A stretch of DNA of 64,000 nt from Phoronis australis (GCA_002633005.1 NMRA01000125.1:653566-717565), one strand, 5' to 3'. Positions 11,741 to 25,920 are shown, counted from the first letter of the stretch. Notes: a model not told the origin generated them from the sequence alone. Made by a program: numbers and translations.

Positions 11741-11786
11741 CATTGCCTGATGACGAGACACGTGGTATCGAAATGTACATGTAGCT
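11741..11786 (+). ncRNA. Hammerhead ribozyme motif (second, more decayed copy)
   Basis: Reads TTGC-CTGATGA-C-GAGAC-ACGTG-GTATC-GAAA-TGTACATGTA-GC. The core is intact, and stem III is 6 nt longer than in the other copy. Confidence 0.65.
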
Positions 11787-12837
11787 AGTGTTTTAGCTTG
11801 TTTGTCTATTATGTTTCTTCGTGTTTTGCTGCAAAGTTGCACGCCTAAGATTAGAGATCGTTTAGAGACTACGAGCGAGTATATCACAAGGTGTCTAACA
11901 AAAAGTACAGTCATACCTTCAACCAAGTTTTTATTTACATTACAAAGGTTTAAATGCAATGCTCAAATATCTTATGGAACTGTAGATATCTCTTTTTCTA
12001 TGATTCTTTTGGGAATTATTTAGCGCACCACTGGTCGTGCCCAATGTCAGAATTGTTTGAAACTTTATATCAGAACAATATGCTTTTGAGCGGCTGGCGG
12101 GAAGAGGAGTTCGTGACCTATGGGTTACAGAGACTGGTGGCGCCTTCATTAGCATTTTTGGAACTAGGAAGATTTAAACAGTACATTTACGAATGTAAGT
12201 TTCACTGCCAGCAGTCATCAGTATTGAGAGTCACATGGCTGCCAAACACAAGTAAGCAAACGGGTTGGCCATAGGGTATAGGAAGTGAGGAGGACGAAAG
12301 GTGACGCATATTTTTTGGTTGACTGAAGTATTTTACTGCACACTGTCGACAGTGTGACACGTTCATAGTCTATAGAGAATGGGGGACCTGCTCATTTTTT
12401 CGCTAATAGCATTGTTAGAGGGGAGAGTCGTTCCGGTGGCTAGGTACACCATCATATTGCCGCCGATTTCAAACATAAACGATAGACTTCGAACTATTTA
12501 CCCTACAAATGTTTTGTGTTATTTCCACGGTGATTGGATAAGAAATGTAATCTGAAGCGTGCGAACAAGAAACGAAAAAATCAAACAAATGAAAGCGCTC
12601 TGAGTAGCGACATTTGGTGAAATTAACGACGAAGCCTAGAACATCAGCAGCCACGCATATTACACCAATCCATTAGATAGCCCGTGAGAAGGTTTACTTA
12701 CATGCCAATTTTTAAAAGGCTCGGACAAAGGATCGCAGACTAGAGCTCCACAAACATTATTAGAAAAACAACCGTTATAGCGTCATCTTGCATCCAATTT
12801 CGCTCAAGAACAAAAGCTATCAGGCTATTTACTAAAT

Positions 12838-13038
12838 CATGCGCGCACCCAAGTGGGGGGCTCGGGGGGGGGGGGGNAAAAATCCGAGAAACTGAGGCAA
12901 AAGTCCACTAAACTAGCGCAAACGCGCAATTCACAGAGGTGCATCAGTTTTTTTTAGTACACCCGCTATTTTTGTTACAAAGCGTCCACAAAGTCAGGAA
13001 TTCGAAAGTCCCCATATTGATGGCTGGGTGCGCGCATG
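12838..13038. mobile_element. hAT-like MITE
   Basis: Perfect 14-bp TIR CATGCGCGCACCCA / TGGGTGCGCGCATG. Flanks TACTAAAT / TACTACAC resemble a decayed 8-bp TSD. Contains an N gap at 12877. Confidence 0.7.
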
Positions 13039-15779
13039 TACTACACTGTACGTAAATTCCATGTCGATCAGACGGAAGCTAACGCGATATCTAGCACAAA
13101 TATGATAGGCTAACCAAGTGCAGCTGTAAACAGCCAGTCAATAAAGTCAACTAAGCAGTAATTCTCGAATATCGCGAGAACGGTACGTCGTAGCAAAAAG
13201 CGGGTTTCCCAATGCTGATAGCGGTTTCACACAGATCCGTCAAAGGACGTCAATGACTGTACGACACAAAATCTCAATTAATTCAAGAGGAGTCTTCGGA
13301 AAATCTCGAACAATTCGAGAACGAGAAAACATAGAGAAAAACAAATGGCGCAGTTGCAACAGCCCTTGAAATGAGCTATCCAAAGAAAAATATCAGAAAA
13401 ATCCCACCAGAAACAGAGGAACTATGGCTCAGTCCGCGGTTCAAAAAAGCAAAAATGGCCACCACAACGCCAAGCAAGGAACAAAATAATGACAAACTCA
13501 CAGCCTTGGGGAAATTCTATTTCAACGAGTAACAACATTTCAACGTAATCCATTCCCACAGTAAAAGGTAGGATACGAGAAACGAGCGACAAACAAACCC
13601 AGCCAATATTAAATACTTGGGCGGAAGGCAAACGGAACGACGCGCGCTGCTAGCGATACTAGCGGGGAAAAAAAGGTCAGATCCCCATTGGTTGACATGC
13701 ATTTGTAATGTGCATCGGTGGCGCACTTCGAAGCAGGGGTGGTGAAGTATTAGTATTTCCTTATCGAAGAATGTTTTTCGTTGCACACACAAGGAAACAA
13801 TGATTTTGAAAGAAATCTGTTAATACGACAGTGATATTTTACAATGAAAATGAAGCTAAAATATCCAGATTTTATGCTTTTTACCTCAGTATACATGAGC
13901 CAATATGTGCTGTAAATTTCAAAATTACATTTAGTATAGCGCTACGCCGGAGAGTTTTTTAAGCCTTGATCTGAGGTAAAAATCAGAATCTCAGATTCGT
14001 TCTTTAAATGACAGTCTAAATACTGGTCGCTGTGTGTTAACCGACGTTTTTTTCTGAATAGGGGGTTGCGTTTTTGGAAGGGCATGTCATATACCCAGAA
14101 TGATTAGAAGTGACCGTTGGCAAAGCTACCGTTTTTATCATTGCGTTTTTATAAGTATTTAGCATTTAAAGCGAGGGCTTTATACGCCTTGAATTAAACT
14201 AAACTGAGTTTAGGTCATTCATCATTATCTTTTTATGACCTATGTAATGTGCCTGTGCCATCTCATTCATTGCTATTTGATGTGTGCCTAAATGCCTGGC
14301 ACATCAGATATTCAGCGACCAGCGTTCAGAGTCGATCGATGTAGTCCTGATCGCCTGCACCGAGTTGATTGCCTTGAACGTATGTTCACGGCTCGTTGAT
14401 TTTCGTACCGACGTTTGGCATTTCACTGCAGTTTCACTGACCAAGATCGGATTGCAGGTTTAGATTCAAACTTATTATTACACTATACAAGAACGCAGAA
14501 CGAATCGGGCTTCCCTCAGTCAAGCATCGTCCACTGCCAATGAGTGGAAAAGTCAGAGGTAAGACGATTTAAATCACGAATCGAGGGATTTCAGATTTCC
14601 TTTAGCTCACAGTGACTCGGTAGGAATTTTCTCTCTAAACAACAGGAGACAGATCACGCTCCATCATGCTCATTAGGACGATGCTTAGATACCGTGAGAA
14701 GTGTGTCATCTTACGGCGACGGGAGGATTAAAAACGAATTGCATCAAGGTTTTAGTTCTCTAAATAAATAGATGGTGACACTAGTCCCGGCTCGCGCCTA
14801 TCATTAAATTATGCATCTCCTGCGCAAATGTGTGACTTCAGAATAAACATCATAATTGTGACATGATTTCACTAATAATGTAATTTGCATGTTCATTATT
14901 GTTACCGGAAATCGCCGTGTTCTGAAAAGCCCTGAGCATGAAAACAGAATGTTCTATTGGTCTTCCATGTGTTGTGTAAAACCCACATTTGTTTCGTCTT
15001 TCATCGAATTTTTAGAATTTGTACGTTTTACGAATTCTTCTGTTGCCCGTTGTTCCAATGATTTTGCACTATCTTACCAATTCCCATCCAACTGACCACG
15101 TACTGTTGTTGCAAACATTCTCCTTCTCAGAATAAGGGGCTTGAATGAATTAAAAAATGGCAATGACCTGAATGGTACATGTACTTGGGATAATAATTTG
15201 ATTTGCCTCAAACATTCAACAGCTGTCATTTCATTTCGAGCTCAAAAATCACTTCAGTGTGGACTAATCGAACCGAGTTTCATAATTTTAAGAGGTTTAC
15301 ATCACGTTTAGTGGTTTTGGAGAATTCGAACCAAATTTCTCGTGCCTGGAGTAGTAGCGTCAGACTTTGGCTTCTTTTCTTTTTACCACCATGTATAACT
15401 CGTGTGATGTTATATAAAGGAGGAAATGGTCAAATAATAAAAATTTCTACACTGCTACATTTCTACATTGGCTTGTTGACATCCAGAGTTGAGATTAGGG
15501 TTTTACAAACAATTGCACATTGTCTGTAGAACACCTTATTTCTTCAAGTACTTTTTTCATAGGAGACACACCTTTGGTGATAATTCATGCCTTTGTATTG
15601 TAAGTAAAGGCCTTCTGTACGCAATGTCCGTAGAGTTACATGCACATGCGACGTTTGGTATGAGGATGAATACTTCGGCGAGGACGAGAACGAAAATGTT
15701 GTTAAGAAAAATCATAGTCAACGATCCCTATGAGAGGCCTGCCTTACACAAAATCAGAGTTGATAGTGAAATGATTAGA

Positions 15780-15950
15780 GACTATACAGAACTGTTGGTG
15801 CTTGACTTTAGTAAAGAATTTGATTCTAGCCAAACACACCATGGCTTGCGAAAGGCAATGTTGCTAAATGATATTTCTAGATTCGTGAATAGCAAGACAA
15901 ACAGTTCAGAACGGTCTTTTAAAGAAAATATCCACCAAATAGTGGTTTCT
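15780..15950 (+). pseudogene. Non-LTR retrotransposon reverse transcriptase remnant
   Basis: TELLVLDFSKEFDS..HHGL.K....I.......SF....QIVV resembles the LDFSKAFD..H..L..KL...GI......SFL..R.Q.VV block of LINE RTs. Confidence 0.55.
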
Positions 15951-18900
15951 TAGTAAAGTGAACAGATGAGCGTGACGTCTTCGTTCAAATAAGTCAATCT
16001 TGCTTGAATCCTTCCGCAAATACCAGTTGATGGCATCACTGTTGCTTATCTAACCGACACAGGTGAGCATTAATGTCAGGGAACATTTATGATAACTTTT
16101 TTAATTGCCATGTTCACACATTTTGCAAATACGTGGCGCAATGACAGCATGGGTGACAAGTCTATGCCACGAACGATTATGTTGGTGGCAGATTACGTAT
16201 GAGAATTGTAAAGTCAGACATAAGTTGACCTCGTTTTCAGATTTCGCTCTCATGATCATCCGTGGTTATTGGACCCCTAGCAAATTGATGATTTTAACAA
16301 TTCTGCTTGTTCATCCAGCAACATACACTCAGATGTCCTCTACCTGTTGGAACCTGCGTGCTACTTTTTGCCATGTACAGTACATGTACGTTATATCCAG
16401 TCGATAAAAGTTCGAATGTCGTATGCTTTAAATAAGCTGCTGTCGAAATAAAATGCCCCTGAATAGCATAAGGTTCTACATGTACTTGTAAATGCGACCG
16501 CTTGCCGTTGTGGGACCTCAAAATCGGCTTTCGCTCGTTCCAATTTCTGTTTCTGGTGTGTAAGGTGTGCCGAGGTCATAGGGACGACATTGAATTTTGT
16601 TCATGCACGGACATTTTCAGACGATTGACATTTTGGTGTTAATAGTTGGAGTATCCCCAAAGCAAATCTGTGGCAATTTGAAGACATGATGGTCTCAGCG
16701 AATTTAAAAAAAAGATTTGTAGAATTGTTCAACGTTTGCACATCGTACATGTATATCTGATGATAAAGCTTTCTTTTGGATATCTATAACTAAAACAAGG
16801 TTTTCCCTGATGTTCAGCTGCCAATGTTGAATTCTTAACCAAAGTGTGGTTTTGAGATTTGAAAGTCTACCACTCTTTGATCTTGTATTGTTGCCGATTG
16901 TGCCGGCAACTCAAGTCACGATGCAATTCATGTACATGTATGCGCCATTTTTGAATTCGCAGTTTTGAAGTTGGCAAACCCAATACAGTGTAAAGCGTTA
17001 TCTTGAGCCGCCTAGGTTTTCTGTGCTCTGTTCGGTAAAGGACATCAAGCCCTATCACGGAAAGGAATATTTTGGGTCAATTATGTGAGCTAAAGTGTCT
17101 CGTTGGCTTAATTTCTTTTCGTTTTTGGCAGCTAACAAGCAAAAATGTACGTTCGAATGATCGACCTTTCTAACAAAGCCAGCGCTAGTGCTCCTCCAAT
17201 TTAAGTATAATCGTAGTTCGGCAGAGAGTTATTTACTTAATGACTTATTTTTCAAGAAACTGTACTTAGGCATACACTGTATGTTGGTAGAAGAAGGGAA
17301 CTCTTAGTAACATTTTAGGGACTCCAGCCGCGGTGTCAGCTGGCTCCTGTACGGAACTCCCTTGAGGTCTTTTCTACGACATACGACATGATAATGACAT
17401 GGCAGCCATATTTTTGAAATGCATGATGTCAGCACTGCAAATGATATGTACACATACCTCAAATGTGTGATTTAATTTAGAATCCTAAACGTGTGTGTAT
17501 TCAAACGCAAGAAAAATATTCAATAAACATGGCATGATACAAAACAATTGAAAACATGAAGTACGACACAACTAATTCGACTGGAGACTTTCTTTGAGTC
17601 ACCAAGGACACCTTGAACACGACGACAATTACGACCAAGTCACTGGTCCACCTTTCTGACATTACACCTGTGGTTTATCATAGAACTTGACTGAGAATGA
17701 TCGGGCTTCTCAATTTAAAATGTAACACAAGATTCGACGGACAGTTGAACTGCTATCTTGGGAAATTGTTGTTTTGGTTCTTTGTCGGAATATAGTCGGT
17801 CTTAGTCGCCTCCGACATATTCATTCTAGTTTAAAGTTTGCGACCTGGCGTAACTCACTGTGTTGAATTTTGAGTCATGTATCAAATAAACCTATTTCCA
17901 TTTGCATCAGCCCACCAAATCCTTAATCTGACTCTGACAACGGTTGATGACGAGAATGAAAAAGAGAACGTTGTTTAGGATAATTGGACTAAAATAGAGC
18001 TTAAATGCAAATGCTTGCGTTAGCCATTGTTTCTTTTTATATATGTTCCTGCTCAAGTATAATGTGATTCGGCGCATCTAGCGTGTAATTTTCCAAAGGT
18101 CATTTCCAGTTATTTCCTTATCAAAGGACTTTCATTGTTGCCCACAAACTCGAAAACCTGTATACGCTGTGCAGATTACCTCACCAAAGTACGTATTGAA
18201 TGAACATTAAAATCAATATTATTTCTATCATTCATATAATTTGACGATATTGTAAAACAGTTTTGACTTAAGGCATAGGCTTATTTTATCTTTCCGACCA
18301 CGAATTTCTTGGTTTTTTCTCTCACTTTATTCCTAATTTTCAATATCAAATGACTTGCTTTTACATTTAATTATCAAAATATAATTTATCTGCACAAAAT
18401 GATTAATGGAATCGTTACAGTATTTTATATTGGGTTGCGCGGTCTTCATTCATAAAGTTAGGGCGTCAGTATGGGTAGACATGTTTTCCCGAATTTTCTT
18501 AACCAAGGCATTGAACATTTCGTCATTTGTTCACTAATTATTTGGCGAGTTTAAGCATACAGTACACCAACAACTCGAGAGGTAACACTTGAAGCTCGCT
18601 TCTAACGCCTAATAATCTTTGTTTGAACATATACAACTGACCCCTGTTTTCTTGACACAACAAGCTATCCATCCAAAGATGGTCGGTCGTGTGTGCACAC
18701 ATAAAGCTATTTTTTCAGTAAGTGCAGAACTAAACCTAGCAGGACGTGTAATCTTCACTTAACGGTGAATGAAGTGTGACCTATATGCATTGGAGTACAC
18801 TGTATCTCAAGTCTAAATTCAATGCCGGTGACTCACAGCTGTATCCTTATTGTTCGTACTAGGTCACTTTTCTTTCATCAGCAGGTCAAGGAATACCCTT

Positions 18901-20806
18901 TTAATATTCACAAAAAAAAAACTAGAAAAATAAATTCCGTTACCGAAGATTTATTTCTCTTTGCCTGAAGTCGTTCACTAACGGAAAGGGAAATTGTCCC
19001 AGCGTTTGTAAGTATGGATATCCAATTGTTACAAGCTCGATTTAGCGGAAATCAAAAGTTGAGTGTTGGGTTAAAAGATTTAGACTTCAAGAAAATTAAT
19101 TTTCTTTTTGCGCGTCTATGTACCTGCCTCCCATCATAAAAACACATTTTAAGATTAAAAATTCATCAACTGTTGATATAAACACTCGATCCATTTTGAC
19201 GACAGAAGTAACGTGACGTCATATTAAACATTCGTCTTTCTTGTCAATTTTAACCTCTCGCACTTGATTAACTTGACATCGATGAAGGCAATCTTCAACC
19301 CTGTTCGAGTACGAAATATCTCTGGAACGCTGAAATATTTATAACGGCATTTATCCATTTGCTGTTTTGGCGTGTAAACAAGAGAACAAGTTACGCCCAG
19401 GCTTATTTTACACCACAATGAATATCTCGAAAATATGTTTACCATTGGTATTTCACGGTTGACGGAGAAATGTTAGTCGCCATTTACTAATGACATCGTC
19501 TGCAATGAAGTGTACTAGTCAATATCAATTTCTTCCTGGCATTTTACAAGTTTTCCAGAACAGGCGTGTAACTCGAAATCGAATGTTTGTTCTTGTACAT
19601 GTAAATTGAAGGTTAAATACTCAGTTGCAGTGCGCTTCTATAATTTTCAAGATGGCCGATTCTATAGGCAATAGTCAAAACATCTATAAATAAATTAAAG
19701 TCAGTTTCGAAAGCAGTAGAGATAAGCCACGGGCTCGTTACGCCGACTACACAATTAAAATTGTGAAAGTAAATAAATAAGTAAAACAAGTGAATAAGGA
19801 CGAAACAAACCGGCAAAAAGAGGTCTGTGATTATTAGGTTCATTCCCTGAACGGCGACTTGAAGACGCATCAACTGGCACAGTTCATAAGGTCTGCTGGG
19901 AGACTATTCTTTAAGATAGTGTCTTTAATTGTATTCCAGCTCACTGCTGTTATCCTGACCTTCGACACATTTGGGAATGCTTGGCACACGGATCATCCCG
20001 TTCCCACACCATAAAAACGGTCACGAAAGTATTACCCTCTTTCAATAAAAGAGGCGGTTTAAGATTCGATTTTTCACACGTACATGTATGGGATGGTGTT
20101 CTGACGTCAATGCGGCGCCGTCTGGTCAAAACGCCACCAATTGGCCAGAATAACGATAACGTCACATGCCATGCTGAAGTCCGTGAGATGCGGACGCAAC
20201 GGCGCTAATTTTTTATTCCAGTATTAGACTCAAACTTGATCTGTTTTAAAATATCCAAACACAAGTTTGCGAAGCCCATCATCTTCATGTGCTAAATATG
20301 CTCTATTCAGCAAGTCAGATTGTGAGCTAGTAAAATAATTATAGGAGATTTTCAAGGTTTTGTAATGCCCTCTTCAGTAGTTTAGTAAAAATGCTGCTAA
20401 AAATGCCACACCGCCACACCAGTGGACACACATACATGAACTGTAAAGTTATAGGACCATCCAAGTTAATATAATCAGCCATGCCCCCTGGTGGGCGCTG
20501 ACAGATCTTTGGGTGCATTCCAGCATATCATTTAAACGCGTAGTTTAAAAAGCAGATGGTTACCTAAACTAGTGATACAGTTTCAGGTAAGGGTGTATTT
20601 CCTTAATAATTTGTTCGAAATCAGGAAGGAACGGGCATTAGAGTTATTTCAGGATTTCCTTCCATTGATAGAAAAAACATCGAATAGAATAGGGCAGAGC
20701 ACAGACATCGTCAATCCACAGCAAGCTGAGAGTTAAAAACTTCAGGAGAGAATTTCACCATGTGTTTTCTGTGACTATGGTACTAGGTCTTTGTTCACCT
20801 GACTCA

Positions 20807-22616
20807 AATGATCCTCTAACTAGTTGGATCAACTCAAAGCCCTAGTTTCCCAGGGAAACAAAAGGAGATTGAAGAGCAATTGCAAAGGCCGCCGGGGGGA
20901 TAGCAAAGTTTTATAATATGTGGCGATGAAACCAGTAGCTACCGGAGCCTGAGTGAAACTAGTGAAAATTCCCTGAGGGCGTCAAAGTTTGCAGTACATT
21001 CCTCCCTAGAGCTTCAAGGGGTAGCTATGTTTGTCGATGACAAACATGGCTGGTCATTGGGTTCAAAGCAGTAAGAAGTAACATTCCGCACACTCCAATA
21101 CACGAATCCACGGTTTCGAGTTGCGGAAGCGTACCATCAGGCAAAGCAAACGAGCCGATTTTATATTGCACTTTATTGGAACTCGACGTTAAAATACACA
21201 TTTTTAGATGCAATCAACCTTGCCAAGGAGTCTTGTCGTTTAAACTTTTTTTTCGTTGTTAAAACTTAGTGAATTTGATATCGTTACCATGGTAACTCGA
21301 CGGTATTTTCGCAGTCTAGATCACGAGTTCTAGGATTGATGGCAGTCATGGTAGAAGACATGTAACCATGCTAAAATCATTTTAGTGACCATCCCAAAAA
21401 CTTAAGGGAGATGCTAAGCTTGAAAGTGCACCGATGCCGTGGTAGCCAGGTGTATTTTTGCTGATTTTTCATTATGTAATCCAACATTGTCATGAAATGG
21501 CTTTAGTCTGTCAATACTTTATTACTTGTGAATTCACAGATCATGGCTGATCGGCAGAAAACACAAGGAGCATAACGACGAGCCTTGTGAAATGCCGGCA
21601 CGCCTTAAAGTCGAATACAAGCCCATCGCGTTATATTCAGAACCGTTGCATTTTTCAGTGTTCCCAGAAATGCCTGTATTTCCTTATACGGGGAATGTTG
21701 CGGCTGGNCCAATGATCCTCTAACTAGTTGGATCAACTCGTAGCCCTAGTTTCCCAGGGAAAAAAGGAGATTGAAGAGCAATTGCAAAGGCCGCCGGGGG
21801 GATAGTAAAGTTTTATAATATGTGGCGATGAAACCAGTAGCTACCGGAGCCTGAGTGAAACTAGTGAAAATTCCCTGAGGGCGTCAAAGTTTGCAATACA
21901 TTCCTCCCTAGAGCTTCAAGGGGTAGCTATGTTTGTCGATGACAAACATGGCTGGTCATTGGGTTCAAAGCAGTAAGAAGTAACATTCCGCACACTCCAA
22001 TACACGAATCCACGGTTTCGAGTTGCTGAAGCGTACCATCAGGCAAAGCAAACGAGCCGATATTATATTGCACTTTATTGGAACTCGACGTTAAAATACA
22101 CATTTTTAGAAGCAAGCAACCTTGCCAAGGACTCTTGTCGTTGAAACTTTTTTTTCGTTGTTAAAACGTAGTGAATTTGATATCGTTACCACGGTAACTC
22201 GAAGGTATTTTCGAGTCTAGATCACGAGTTCTAGGATTGATGGCAGTCATGGTAGAAGACATGTAACCATGCTAAAATCATTTTCGTGACCATCCTAAAA
22301 ACTTAAGGGAGATGCTAAGCTTGAAAGTGCACCGATGCCGTGGTAGGCAGGTGTATTTTTTGCTGATTTTTCATTATGTAATCCAACATTGTCATGAAAT
22401 GGCTTTAGTCTGTCAATACTTTATTACTTGTGAATTCACAGATCATGGCTGATCGGCAGAAAACACAAGGAGAATAACGACGAGCCTTGCATGCCAAGAA
22501 ATGCCGGCACGCCTTAAAGTCGAATACAAGCCCATCGCGTTATATTCAGAACCGTTGCATTTTTCAGTGTTCCCAGAAATGCCTGTATTTCCTTATACGG
22601 GGAATGTTGCGGCTGG
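20807..22616 (+). repeat. ~900-bp tandem duplication across an N gap (probable uncollapsed haplotypes)
   Basis: 20807-21707 and 21711-22616 are near identical, with scattered SNPs and small indels. The junction is the single N at 21708. Confidence 0.9.
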
Positions 22617-24903
22617 TAAAGTTGCCATTTTCTTCCACACCAATGCACAGGGTAAACTTTTACTCGAATCTTCAGAAATGCACATTGTTTTCTCAGCCAA
22701 CTCTACATGTAGCTTTTTGTGTTGAGAAAACGCAAGTCTTTTTCGTCCTCGTTATGTGGTACGTCATGCAGTCACTATACAAATCTCTTGAGCTGAAGTG
22801 CCATCAACAAACTCTTAGAATGGTAACACTTGATTAGTTTAGGTACACCGGAGTCATCAGACTAAATAAAAACCGGTGATTACAGTGAAATCAGAAATAT
22901 AACAAATTTACTGACTTAATGAGAATATAATTGAATCACGTGAACCAGACTGCGCAAGCTTACTTGTGAATTTTGAATACACATCAACACCGTTCCAACC
23001 TTAAGGTTATCTAGGTCCTAATAAACGATCTCAACTCTACCTCAAACATCGAAAAAAACTGCTCTGTCAACCATCAAAAGTGGTACATTTTCTGAAAGGA
23101 GAAAGAACCAGGATTCTTAAAATATGCTTCTCACTACTGTGTCTTTATTATTGTCACGTGACCACGTCTTTAAGTCAAAATTCCATGTGTAAGAAAGGTA
23201 CATTCATAGCGAAAAAACCCAGTGGATTTCACTAAACTTTTTTTGAATTTAATTTTACATTATGTCTTAAAAACTCCATAAGAATTTTGTTTTAAAATGC
23301 TTAGTTTTCACGTACGGAGCGATACACGAATGTGACCCTGTTTTTTACAAAAATACCTTGTGTTTTGCGAGTTAATTTGGCATAAAACCCGACTTAAGTG
23401 AATAATCAGAGCTATTGAATTGGCTTTACCGTGGGGAGATTAAGATTGAAGTCGATTGGTTGCAATAAAGTCTCAAGAGTGACTCCACTGACTTTTGCCG
23501 GGGCGCAAACGGATGCTGACGTTACCCAGTACTCATGATACCTAGCGCACGATGGCTCTAGTCACGTTTGTGCAAATGATTTGTGCATTTCATGTGAACA
23601 TGTGGGTTGTACCTTCATGTACATGTACGTTGATATCGGTGTGGATAGCTCCTCCCTATGGTAACTACATGTAGTCTCTCATTCTGGTGACTAATTAGGG
23701 ATATTTTCTGCAGATGGTTTACGATATTAACTTAACTAGTTTTAATCAAGTGAAAAGTCGTAGTCATTATGCTCAGACAAGTGACTTTCTTCTCTCGGGA
23801 AATGAGAACAGGAGTGCGATTAACGCACGTGATTGCTCGGAGACGAAACTCAGGGTGGATACGAGGGATACTAACAATGCTAACAATTGTAGTGGAGTTT
23901 CTACATCGTGAAATATACCTTTCACTGTTCAGTGCTTACACAATGTATATGCAAGCGCTCAGTGGCTTAGAAAGGTACACTACAGACCGTATACATGTAG
24001 AACAATGTCAGCATATCACGCAGGCCATTTTTCGTCATTCCCTGCAACACTAAAGGTGTCACACGTTTTCTCAAGTAACTCACACCTTTGCCCGAAATGT
24101 GGCATCAATTAAAGTTATTTGCTCCCATTTCAAGCCCAGATACATAATCATGATCAAAGGGGTCTGGCAATGGACAATTTGGCAGCGATTACTACAATAC
24201 AAAAATGGTTTCGCAAGACACCGCAACCCCTACTAGACCCCATATATACTGCTCCCCTTATTTATGTGACTAAAGCAACAATATTTGACCCACTCCCGCC
24301 GTCGGGAATGACACTGTTTCCACATCTTGTGCATCCCATCATCCCCTTAGCTTGAACTATATCTAACATCGCGTCTGGCCCTCGTCGACTTGTGCGGACG
24401 TCATTAAATGCAGCTGCGCGCGCAAATAAAAATATGCCTCAGTCATAAAGCTTCCTACGTCGCCATTCCCATGACAGAATAAAAAAATCTGTCGCGCGTT
24501 TACCAAGATTGCCTGGCAGCCTAATTAATGATATCACTGATTTAATTGAAAATCGGCCCGGCCATGCGAGGGCGTAGGGATAGAACTCAATCGGCGGAAT
24601 CGAAAGTACATTATGTGTGTGGAACTTAGCTATCTCTTCCTTCTTGAAATGTAGTTGCCAGTTATCTGTCCTGGAATCAGGAAGTGTTGCTAAAGTTGTG
24701 TTGTGTTTGCTTTGATGCTCATGCATACACCTGTATCACTAATTGTGCCAATATCGATTAACAACAGATCTATAAAACGAAAGGTTGAATGGCCATTTTA
24801 CTCCTAAAATAGAGTGTCCCGTCACGCCCTGCTTGCGCCATCTGGAATGGTCCAGTACGACCACGTACGTGGTATTACTGAACAGTCACGTAAATGTACT
24901 TAG

Positions 24904-25920
24904 CATAGGCGGATTTAGGGGGGATGCCCAGGGCGTCCGCCTCCCCCCCCTTGGCTGCCTCAAAAAACAGCAAAAGCGTAGGGAAATGTTGAGCTTATTA
25001 ATTAACCCCGGTAATTAAAATTATACGGCTGAAACAAGATTTAAATGTGTGCAGTTTTAGTGTTTGGGAGGGGGGGGGGGCGGGGGCTCAGATCTAATTT
25101 CAAGTGTCAAATTCGGAACAAGGCGCAATCAGAACTACGGCTAAGTACAATGTATAGGCGCTCTCCTGCGATATCCCAGGCGACCGGCAGTGGCGCTGGG
25201 CACAACGATTCCGTTTCCGTCGTTTGCTCCACTGTGCAATGAAGAAAACAACTTCATTTTTAAAGAAAATGGAATCTAAGTGATGATGAAAAAACTGAAG
25301 CTGCTGGTAACATGTCAATTTTAATCGAAGCCTTAGTGAATCACTCAGAAACTCATAATTCTCTCTTTGTCAAACCTTATATTAAGACGATTTTCAAAGC
25401 AATTGTGTCATTATTGCCAACACACAAAACGGATTTGGTCTTTTGGGCAATTGAAGGCTATTTTAATTACAACAAATTTGTTACAAACTGATTTCACAAA
25501 ATATAAAATGTGTAATAAGCATTACAAAAGAAGGAGGTTTCGCGCGCAAACAATTTGAACCATAAACAAGTACATGTAGGTCTCTTAGATCAAGTTGGGC
25601 GTTAAGTCGTGGTGGTGCAGTGGTAAAACACGTGCGCTTTATCCGCCAGGTTTTGAGTTCGAGTTTGTGGTACTTGCACTTTTTCTTGTTTGACAATTTC
25701 TCCGTTTTTGTTTTGCCTTTTTTCTTGGATAATACTTCGGGAATCAAGGAAAATGCTTGATTTTTAGAGGAAAAAACATAAAAATTTCCTGAGCGGGAGT
25801 TGCTTCGCCCCCCTCCCGACCTCCCCCCCATTCGGTGCTATGCGCATCTACAGTCGTGCTTTGAGCAAATTTTTACAGACAAAATGTTGCCCCCCTTGTG
25901 AAATCCTAGATCCGCCACTG
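24904..25920 (+). mobile_element. Non-autonomous DNA transposon with CA(T/G)..GGCGGAT.TAGG TIRs, copy 1
   Basis: Left end CATAGGCGGATTTAGGG, right end CCTAGATCCGCCACTG, with G/C-run subtermini. Flanks CTTAG / CGTAG may be a 5-bp TSD. Confidence 0.7.
25604..25675 (+). pseudogene. Degenerate tRNA-like segment inside the DNA element
   Basis: A-box-like TGGTGCAGTGG and B-box-like GAGTTCGAG at tRNA-like spacing, followed by a T-rich tract. Confidence 0.35.

Larger units (their letters stand above)
10918..11786 (+). mobile_element. Penelope-like retroelement (PLE) 3' fragment with an inverted pseudo-LTR
   Basis: 10918-11223 is a diverged reverse-complement copy of 11475-11786. The plus strand encodes a PLE-like linker and a GIY-YIG C-terminal remnant, and both arms end in a hammerhead motif. 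Confidence 0.8.

Noticed and set aside
14960-15420. Coding-like minus-strand stretch
   Set aside because: All three frames contain multiple stops, and I recognised no domain motif.
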